From Phoronis australis (lineage: Eukaryota > Animalia > Phoronida), in NCBI GenBank assembly GCA_002633005.1, contig NMRA01000092.1, forward strand, positions 547,219-611,218: a stretch of 64,000 bases of DNA. Direction: 5' to 3'. Below, one piece after another: positions 54,189 through 64,000 of the stretch. The notes under the pieces are model-generated. The model had not been told where the DNA came from and ran no database searches. It saw only the letters and a list, made by a program, of their open reading frames with translations. Position numbers and translations under genes: made by a program. Positions within the stretch are counted from its first letter, which is position 1, and each line of letters starts with the position of its first letter.

Positions 54189-54403
54189 GTCCCAAACTTG
54201 AGAATTTTTACCGTAATATTTGTTTAGTGTCCCAAACTTTAGAGATTGTGCCAAACTAGAGAATTTTTACCGTAATATTTGTTTAGTGTCCGAAACTTTA
54301 GAGATTGTGCCAAACTAGAGAATTTTTACCGTTAATATTTGTTTAGTGTCCCAAACTTTAGAGATTGTGCCAAACTATAGAATTTTTACCGTAATATTTG
54401 TTT
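54189..54403. repeat. Minisatellite, 59-bp unit x~3.5
   Basis: gagaatttttaccgtaatatttgtttagtgtcccaaactttagagattgtgccaaacta repeated. Confidence 0.93.
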
Positions 54404-55489
54404 TCTCAATGATGCTGTAAACTCGCTTCTTTCCATGAAACCAACTTTATATTGAAGTTATGTCTATGAAATTGACAGTTAATTATTTTCCTGGAGTGAC
54501 AAGCCAAGGTGAGTCAGGGCTGATTAAAGTAATACTGTCAAGTGTTCTTAGAACCAGAAACCTTTTCTAATCTAAGTACATTTATAACAACAAGTGGTCA
54601 AAATCCAAAAGACTTTTGACAGCATACAACAGTTTATTGCTCCATTAAAACTGTGGTTGCTCTTGTCTGTATGATTTACAGTAAAAATGAGAATCAAACC
54701 AGCACTTTGTACTTCCTCAATAAATTGGTACAAGAACCGCGAGAACCATCACTTAACCTGAATAGCATGATCGCAATTACGCGAACTTCATGCTATTGTA
54801 CTCTGTACTGTCTGAAATTACTAATAATAAGTGTGTTGTGAACAAAAGACTGCAGGAATGCTTGACAATGGACTAGATTGATATTTGAATGTGGAAAATG
54901 TCCCTTGGAGTTGACAGAGATAATAAATGAATTTTCGATTTTTGGACAAGTGGCAGTGAATATTTCTGTCCCTGCTATTGCTGAAGCTGGTTTATATTAA
55001 ATTAATGCCCTTCATTTATCACATAATAGCAACACCAGCCTACACACAAATGTACATTCGTGGCTTTTTGTTCCATCAGATCTTAATTATGTTCATAGAC
55101 ACTCCTGCGGACTGTACAGCCTTTAAAAGTAGAAAAGTGATAGCCTCTGCAGCACATGAATGTACCCAACCTTATTGGAAAACCCCTTATGAGAAAACCA
55201 GCCGTTTTGGACATATTTTATACTGTGATTTTATTCAACTATAACACTCATAGGACCTCGCTAAGGTTGTGAAATTAATGAAGAATGGAATAATGACAGC
55301 AGCCTAGATTGTGTTACCTTATATTATGATGACATAGGGAAATAGATGTTATATTTTCAAAAACTGAAGCCAAAAGTGAGTGCCTGTGTTTCAGTATATG
55401 CCATTGATCAGCATTTCATACATTCTTCGCAATAAGTCTTCGTATGCACCCTTATTGAATATTTGTAGACACCCATTGTTATTCATTCA

Positions 55490-56131
55490 GGTGAAATATT
55501 TGGGACCTTATCGACAAGTCTGCATATTGAGCCAAATGAATACAAAACTATGGTAGTTCTAATTTTGTAGAATTATGTATTTTCTGAAAGAAGAAAGCCT
55601 GTAAAATTTTTGTGTTCGTCCTTTTACCAATGTGCCTTCAAAATTGGGTCATGTGACCATGCATTTTTGGATAAAATCTGGCAAAAACGATAGACACCTT
55701 GATAACAAAACAACAACATCAATGAATTTTATTTGATCTAAATGTTTATGTTGAAATGTCAAAAACGTCAGTTTTCTGAATCGTTTTCATTTTATGCAAA
55801 TTGAAGCTTTTTATTGAAACTCACAAAGGTCCTGTTTTTATAGCCTCATGCAAAATTGTAACAATTTAGAAACAATTCCTAATAGCTTTTTGGAAAAGGC
55901 TGCATAAAGCATAGCAACTCATAAAGCATAGTAACTCATAAAGCATAGCAACTCATAAAGCATAGTCACTCATAAAGCATAGCAACTCATAAAGCATAGC
56001 AACTCATAAAGCATAGCAACTCATAAAGCATAGTAACTCATAAAGTCCATATGAATCTATTCAGCCATTTCTGAGATGCAATGTTTCAAAGTTCGCCAAA
56101 TCGGGACATTTTTCTACGGTCCTACAAAACC
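55490..56131 (-). mobile_element. Kolobok-like MITE family K1 containing a 17-bp minisatellite
   Basis: ggaccttat start as in the 29833 copy; ends gacatttttctacggtcctacaaaacc|ttaa. Confidence 0.7.
55903..56045. repeat. Minisatellite, 17-bp unit x8.4
   Basis: cataaagcatag(c/t)aact repeated. Confidence 0.95.
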
Positions 56132-57458
56132 TTAATGTAAAAGATGTGAAGTAGCAGAAGCAGCCAGCTGGTTTTTGCAATGTCAGTATAATATCAAGTA
56201 AATTTCCAGACGACTTGATTCATGCTTTTCACATCTTGGTTACAAGCCAAAGGCATTCAGAGAAAATAACCCGGACTTCCCCGTCATGGCAGCTGGGCGG
56301 ATGCTGAATTTGTTGTCCGAGTAATTCCTCGTGACTGAGAATGAATAGAAATTACCATAACAAGAAAGTTACCAAACCATTCTGGAATTAGAATTTTGCC
56401 CCACAATAATTATAACCTGAGTTATTGTTGCTGTTCAGTTAACAGAATCAGCCATCATGATGGGGAAACAGCATTTTGTCTGGTTTGCATCATGTACTGA
56501 AGTTATACTTTTAGTCTATTTTTATGAGGGTAGTTTTGCTTTAATTATCCTTTAGTGCACCCCGAACATGATCTGTTCAGGAATACCTTGATACTTTGGT
56601 GAATTTTTTCTAATTGAATTAACAGAAGCCAACACGGTACCAAGAGCTTTGTCACTAGATTTGTACAATTCTGGCTGTAGTCATGGACTTAAATCTAAGG
56701 CCCTTTGTGGAGTAAAGACTTTATGATGGCTTCCCAGAAATAAAACACTGGTTTAAATGAATTGATCGTGCAATTAGTTTTCGCATCTTTGGTAGACGTT
56801 GATAAATGTCGTAGATAATTGGTCTGTCAGTTAGTGATGTCGGACAAAAGAGCGTGGTAACCCTTAACAATGCACTAGAATGACATCTGCACTACCCAAT
56901 TGATTTAAAAGCCGCTGTCCTCTGGAGTTGAAACCAAATGAAAGTTTTTGATGAAAGGATTTATGGGTCTACATTTACAACTTAAATAGTTAGTTAAGAA
57001 ATTTGACTCTTTAGTAGCCGATTACCAAAAAGTATCAATGTCACACAAAAGCTTATGTAATCTGATCATCACAATATGTTTACACCATGAGTCTCTTCTC
57101 TATGAATTGTAACCTTTACTGTCTTGAGGTTTGTGTTTCTTCCTCTGTTACAATAGATTTCATTTCACGCCTGTTATGGTTGTAAACACCCATGCTGCAC
57201 TTTTGAATATGTTTGTGTCAAGTGACCACTGCTTGGCTAAGACCACACCCTATACTTTTGAGGATTTCCAATTAAGTGTCCATTGCTCGGACTTTAGCGC
57301 CCACTCATTTTTTTCTTCAGTATTTGATTTTCAAAATAGTGAAATGCCATTCAAGTTGCGTTGTAGTTTAGGACTGAGATTTGCAGTTGTCGCTGGGGAC
57401 GTTGTATAGTGTTAGCTTAACAGTAAGTATTGATAAAAACAACTAGGGACTTAAACTG

Positions 57459-57502
57459 GCTTGACATGTTTCGGCATTTACTAAAACACCATCCTCAGAA
57501 GC
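57459..57502 (-). ncRNA. Minimal type I hammerhead ribozyme motif (Penelope-like element type)
   Basis: Minus strand: GCTT-CTGAGGA-T-GGTGTTT-tagt-AAATGCC-GAAA-CATG-TC^AAGC. Stem I 4 bp, intact CUGANGA and GAAA cores, 7-bp stem II (two G-U pairs), palindromic CATG in place of stem III, UC cleavage site. Confidence 0.8.
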
Positions 57503-57933
57503 AAACAGTGGCCATATGCCCAACAACAGTAGTGTATTGAAAATGTCATGTTTATCGAGATGGACACTTACCAAAACTTAAAGTCAAACACAGTGCGTCA
57601 TTCTACGCAACAGCAAATTTATTTTTCAATAGTTATTCTTTTCTGACCGTTTTAGAGCCAAATACCAGCCTTGATTACCTCCGAAGATGAAATACAGGAC
57701 GTGTCCTGGTTTTTTGGCATGTTGTATCAGACCTATTTTTCATTGCATACAGAAATAGTAGTGGGCGTTTATTACAGCTTCTGGTGTCAAGTGTCCAGAT
57801 AGGCATTTATTTGGAAAATTTCCTCTTAAAAGTCCACTCAGCCTTAACTTTTGGCCACAAATTAAGTTTTGTGGAGCATTTGTCAGTTTTAAAAACGAAC
57901 GTTAGTGTTGGTGAACGACGTATTTATTAACTT

Positions 57934-59794
57934 ACAAGAGCAATGCGGAGCGTTGAAATGCACCCACGAATGCATCGCAAACGGTGTTCTTTAGGGTTGT
58001 TTATTTGTGTCATAAAAATGGCCACTAGATGGCGCAAAAACATAAAATCCATCTGAAAATGGGAACATGCCATAGCTTCTGTAATAGAACGCTATTAACC
58101 AAATTTCACATAAATCTGTCATGGAACTTCAGAGAAACAAAGGAAAACAGAATAAAATGAAATTGCCACTAGGGGGCACAGTGTTCACTGGATCCGCCTG
58201 AAAGTCGTTATTGTCTGTTGTTAACTTCATATAAATACACTTACTAAATTTAATTAAGATCCAGCTGTGGGTTTAGGAGATAGAGTTGTGGGTGCAAAAC
58301 AAAACAAAACTACCATTGGAAACCCACAGTAGCCAAAGTCGTCATCGTCAGCCATGCTCTTCACACAGTGAACATAAACACCAATTTTCAAAACCATCCT
58401 TAGAATGATTTGGTTGATAGGGGGTTGGACGCCAAAAACAGACTCGAAAACAGTAAAAATGGCCACTAGGTGGCACAAAATACCTCGATTCCATCCAAAA
58501 ACGAGAGGATAGCATCATCTCACCAATAGATGCCTGAATTCAAAATTTTATGAAAATCCATTGAGGACCCTCTTGGAAAGCAGTGCTATCACTGAAGAGG
58601 CCACCCTCATTTTAAATATCACAATAAAAAAAAAGACCCTTGAAGATACAGAGGTAAACGTAAAATCTAAAATTGCCACCAGGGACACACCAGTAGTCAG
58701 GTCTGTCCGAAAGTCGTTGTTTTTGTCAACATCATATAAATACACTTGTGAAATTTAGTAAAGATCATGCAAACGGTTTAAGAGATGCAGCCATGGGCGC
58801 AAGAAAACGAAACTGCCACTAGGAGGCGCCTAAGTAGCTGAAGTCATCGGAAATTCATAGTCAGCCATCCGCTTCATAGTAAAAACATACATGCCAATTT
58901 TCACAATTGTCCTGAAAGCGATTTGGTTGGTAGAGGGGTGGACGCCAAAAAACACTCGAAAACGGTACAAATGGCCACTAGGTGGCATAAACTAAGTCGA
59001 ATCCATCGGAAAACGGATAAGTCGAATCCATCTGAAAATGGAAAGATAGCGTCACCACACTAACAGAAGCCTGTACGCTAAATGTTTTTGAAAATACATC
59101 GAGGACCTTTGAAGATTCATAGGTTAACGTAAAAAAATAAAATTGCCACCAGGGAGCACACCAATAGTCAAATCCATCCGAAAGTCGTGGTTGTCCTTTG
59201 TCAACATCATATAAATTCACTTACTACATTTAGTAAAGATCCTGCAGACAGTTTAGGAGATACAGTCATAGGCGCAAAAAACAAAACTACCACTAGGAGG
59301 CTCCACAATAATCCAAGTCGTCGGAAAATCACCTTCGGCCATCCACTTTATAGTACAAACATACATGCCAATGTCCACAATCATCCTTAGAGCGGTTTGT
59401 TTTTAGGCGTCCACCCCTTTATCAACCAGACTCGAAAACAGTAAAAATGGCCACTAGGTGGCGCAAATTACGTCAAATCTATCCAAAAACAGGAGGTTAG
59501 GATCATCTCACTAATAGATGCCTGCATGCCAAATTTTATGAAAATGGGCTAAAGACCTTTGAAGATATAGAGGTAAGCGTAAAAAACTAAAAGTGCCACT
59601 AGGGGGCACACCGGTAGTTTGATCCGTTTCGAAAGTTCGGTCATGTCCTCCCATGCATGAAAGGAACACGTGCAAAATTTCATGATGATACGTCAAATGG
59701 TTTTGGAGTTAGAGCAGTGGACACCGGACGGACGTCACCCGGGCGGAGATGATGGCATAATGCGTCCGCATGTGAATATGTGGGCGCATAAAAA
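57934..59794 (-). mobile_element. HINE/DINE-1-like element, second copy, opposite orientation
   Basis: Minus strand reads tttttatgcgcccacat-attcac-atgcggacgcat (5' stem-loop), then gtccgtcc, ~11 monomers (gccactag on plus), 3' gtgggtgcat subTIR, hairpin caacgc-tcc-gcattg and ctcttgt. Confidence 0.78.
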
Positions 59795-62479
59795 TTAAAA
59801 AGCACTGTTTAAGGCAAAAAAATCGCTGATATTTTCATGCCAGCCAAGGCTATAGCTTTACGTTTATAAGCCCCCCTTTACTGAATAATCTCCTGCCTAG
59901 GCATTTTTCATTTCTTGAATACACACCCATGGGCTTATCTACGGGAAAATCCCGATGGGAGTTTCTGAAATTCGATGTTAGCACCTGCCCATTCTACATG
60001 AAAACGGCTTGTGCACCCCATAAAGGCTATTATGGTATTTTTGTGTGTTTTTTTGAAATTGTTATTGACTCCCAAATGGTTTGAAGAATCATAAAATTTC
60101 AATGCTGATGTTTCAGTTGACAACATGGCTTACATTTATCTCTGGAGGTTTAACTTCTGTTGCACTACCTTATGTCAGTTTTTAGTTTTCTCTTTTGGTA
60201 TCGCCCTCTATCTGCCAAACCTCATGGCAACAGAGTTTCTTGATAGCAATTTCTGTTTTTGTCGCAGTCTAGATATCTACCAGGATTGCAATTTATAGTC
60301 ACCAGTTTTCGGATGGCTGGCGCTGTGCCCCATAGTCATACTTTTAAGTTCACTAGTGTTGCTCACTCTAGAGCATGGGCATGTTTGAAAAAATGAGCAC
60401 CCTTTGCATCTTAGCTATAGTGCACGCCGTTGACACATAGCAATGCAAGGAAGCATTGCCCTTGTTTCGTGCAATAATGTATCGAAATGGCAGCTGTCCC
60501 CATACCACTTATCACTTACCAGCTCTTGGCTGAATTAATACCTGTGACGCAATAGACCACTTGCTAGTTTTTCAAACTGTTGAAAAGTGGGGCAAAGGCC
60601 ACATCTTGTTGCATAACACCCATATGGTATATAGATCTATGGGTGGAAAACCAGCATGAGGTCCTACAAACCTGAGGTGAATCCCACTCTGTAACAGAGT
60701 AGAATTTCGTAGACGCAAGAAACTCGTTAAGGTAGTTAGTATGTGCTTTCTTGAAATTAACGGTGATATCTCACGAAGTCTTGCATTTTCGCGAGATTCT
60801 TGGCTTTATGAAACGCATGCGAGGTAAGCAAAATTGTCACAAGGGATTAATGGGACAGAAATCCATCTGGTTTATCTCCCAAATAGTCTGTTACATATTT
60901 TGTATGAAAATGGATATAGTAATCTTACACATTTGCTCCTGAATGGTGTTAATTTGAAAGCCTCGTACTTCAGATATTGGGTTACAATGGTCCATTATTC
61001 GATTACGTACTAAGTCTTCAGAAAATCTTCCTTGAATATTTGAGAAGCTAAATTGCACCAACAAGGATAAACCTATAGTTAGTACGCTCACTTAATCGGG
61101 AAGGAGTGAATGAGTGGTGACGAATTTGCAAACTCATTAGTATCAGCATTTAGAAAATATTTAATGTTTTTTATCATCAGCTGACAACCTTGAGCAGGAC
61201 TGAGAGCTTAGATTTTTGTTCAGGCTTTTCTCTTTAACGTTCAATGCAGTGGCAATTCAAAATAGTTACATGTACAGTTTTCTTTTTGTTTTATATTTAT
61301 TCAGTATAAAGTATTCAAAGTTTTTATGTCATTCCCCAGATCAAAAACACTATTGTATTTTACCTACACTTCAAAAATTCTTATATCTCGCAATTATTTA
61401 AGTTTTGCCATTGAGATCAGTTTTGTTGCTTTCTTTAGCATATTAATGTATTGGTCAAGACTTTTAAGTATGATTATATAAATTACTTATTGATTTTCTT
61501 ACCTTGTTAATTCCTATTACAATGTCCAGTTTCACTGTGTTGTGAGTCCTTTCTCATTTCCAATTGTCTTTGACCATTCTCACTCTTCAGTAATGTAGTG
61601 CGTGGAACAGTTCATTTCATTTGAGGGGAGACATCTGAACATCAGCCTGGTTGGTACATTCAGGGTAGGGTGAGATGAGCTGTCATGTCGTTGTGGTGAT
61701 GGTATATTGAGGATACCTTGTACAATGCTGTGTGTTTCTAAGAGGGTAGAGGGGATTAAAGGAGCTGATACCACTGTGTATGTCATGGAATGTAAATTAT
61801 TCGCCCATACAAATCAGTGTCACAAATATATTTCTCTTCAAGTACTTGGTGGCTCTAAACCTCAAAGTGCTGAACTTTATAAAGAGAAAGACTGTTAAAT
61901 AAACTGCAAAGCCCATACTTAACTAGCTGGTAATTGGGTTTGTTTATCTTGCTGAATGGCCCTCATAAAACTAATTAAGTTACTTCTTGTTTTAATAGGA
62001 AGGGTACAACATCATGTAATTCTGAAACTGGCAGGTGGCATTTTCGACATGGTTTGTGAATTTATAGAGAAAAATCTTGCAAAACCATACCTCGCACCAA
62101 TGGCTACTTTGATTGAACTAAGTTGACCCTTTGATATAGTCATCTCAGCAGAAACTCTGTCTAGATAGTGTGAACACAGCTTACGGTATTACTTTATGGC
62201 TGAGCACGATAATTAGGTGGGTGCACGTATCTTGTCCTGAAAATTACCAAGATTGTGAGTGGATAGCCTGTGGATAATGAAGGCATGTTTCATTTTTGTC
62301 AAGTTTTTGATCTTTTCACCCAGAATCGCTATGCTTAAGAGTTGTAATTGTCAAATAGTATATATTTTCTGAAAGTAGAAAGTCACCATAATATTGAGTC
62401 AACAAGGTGTCCGTCCGTATGATAGAAAAGGAAGACGTGACTGCATGTATACCACCATTGAGAATGAATGCTCCGAGTC

Positions 62480-62840
62480 GTCGCACGCCTCTGTGACTTG
62501 TGTTCACAAACACAGCAAGTTTTGAAAAGAGATAATCCTCACCATTATTCATTGATTTGTTAAGTAATTTGATATTTCGCTGTTTCGATCTGATGCTCAC
62601 GACGTGCTTTAACCACCAACTTGATTTCTGCTGTCCGTTTTGTTCTTGGTTTCACATCAGTCTCCCGCCACATGGTGTGTATAACAATGAACTGTTGATC
62701 TTCTTTTAAGTAGGTTGACAGTTGATCCTACCTGTCGGACTGAGGGTCACCAAATTAATGTTTTAGCCATAGTTAAGTTAATTACGCACTGTAAATTCAG
62801 TTGACATTGCCAGTGAATGTTGAAATAGCGAACATGTTTA
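62480..62840 (-). repeat. Dispersed repeat R1, copy 2 (abuts MITE M1 copy 3)
   Basis: ttaagttaattacgcac...tgaatgttgaaatagc and atttcgctgtttcga are reverse complements of blocks in copy 1. Confidence 0.65.
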
Positions 62841-62855
62841 TAGCATATGTATATA

Positions 62856-63769
62856 CCGTATTAGTCGTTATAACCGCCCATGTCCTTATAAGCGCCCCCC
62901 ACGCATTTTCAGACTTTGCTTAAATAAGCGCCTAGTCCATGAACGTGTACGTGCGAAAAATGCCTTACCTACAGTCCTAAAATTCTACAGTAACGTCTTC
63001 AATTTCAAATTATCAATAATATCCGACAGTCCTGAAAAAAATCATTGTGCGCAGAATTTGTAGGCCACGAGTCTCGCCGCTATGTCAGTGTTTGGCCATG
63101 ACTATACACTTCAAACTTCCGCCATGGCTCAAAACCACGGGTGAGAAACAACATGACTGCCGGATCAAATGGGACCGTCGCACCAGAAAATGGGACTGAC
63201 GCACCTAAAAACATGACCGCCCCACCACAAAACAGGACCGCCGGGGACTGAACATGACCGCCGGGCAATTTGCGGTTTCAATCCCCTGTCAGGTAGTCAG
63301 TACGCCGCATCCAGCCACACGGCAACTAATATGGCCTTACCAAGACAAATGTCGAACGTTTTTAGCACATGAGACCGGCAAGTGCTGAATGAAACACGCT
63401 CTGGTTTAGGCCTACTGCTTGTGCAAATTTCTTTAGGTACAATGCACATCAAGCTCGTTAGACTGCGTGGCTCTGGCCAAATGACGTTATCTGCTCTGGC
63501 AAATGAACTCTGGTGACACGCACGCACTCGTGTACTCACAAACGCAGACAACTTCAAAACAAACGTCACGTGACAACAACATGTGTGTTCGTCCAGACAT
63601 TTTTCTTATGTTGCCCATCATACATGTAGATGGCACGATGTACTAGCACAAATTTGTAGTTAAACATGCCGTGATCCCGACTCCTCGGGAATTTAAAAAT
63701 TTTAGGGACGGTATTTGGAAAACTTAAGGAGGATTTCAGGTAATTTGCTTGAGTCAAAACTGTATTTTT
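62856..63769 (+). mobile_element. MITE family M1, 3'-truncated copy 3 with internal replacement
   Basis: TA|ccgtattagtcgttataaccgcccatg left TIR; aligns to copy 1 up to ~63135 and again from ~63286 to ~63769; right TIR absent. Confidence 0.85.
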
Positions 63770-64000
63770 CATATCGGTCAGCAGGTTCAGAACTGCTATA
63801 GGGGATCATTATCTCTTATCTGATTTTGTATACCTTACCCTATTGTGCCTGCATTGACTTTCATAATAAAGGGCTATTGTGGAGATGTTTAAACTGTAGG
63901 CTTGGGTAACAATAGGCATTCCTCTGCCTGTTACTGAAGACCAAGCTACACCACAAGGGAAAGCACTACTTTCAGCCTTTAGCTGGCCAAGCTTAGATAT

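Noticed and set aside
793-63772. The many 60-117-aa ORFs in the supplied track as genes
   Set aside because: Short, often non-ATG starts, overlapping on both strands, no recognisable domains apart from the THAP remnant; many lie inside repeats.

Overview
AT-rich eukaryotic (animal, probably invertebrate; taxon is an inference from repeat types) intronic/intergenic DNA. I find no intact recognisable protein-coding gene, rRNA, tRNA or CRISPR array, and nearly all listed ORFs look like chance frames in repeats. The window is a mosaic of non-autonomous DNA transposons: (i) a ~1.4-kb TA-flanked Tc1/mariner/pogo-type MITE family (2 full, 3 partial copies); (ii) several TTAA-flanked Kolobok-type elements, one carrying a THAP zinc-finger remnant; (iii) two Helentron-associated (HINE/DINE-1-like) elements with internal satellite arrays; (iv) PIF/Harbinger-like and hAT-like MITEs; (v) mini- and microsatellites, two of which visibly arose from transposon sequence. 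Most notable: an intact minimal type I hammerhead ribozyme motif (57459-57502, minus) plus a degenerate one (12500-12541), a ~3.2-kb interlocked inverted duplication whose left half is a circularly permuted reverse copy of the right half (25663-28848), and a possible decayed, intron-containing KDZ/Zisupton-like transposase (42135-42978, minus). All alignments were made by eye, so internal boundaries are approximate.
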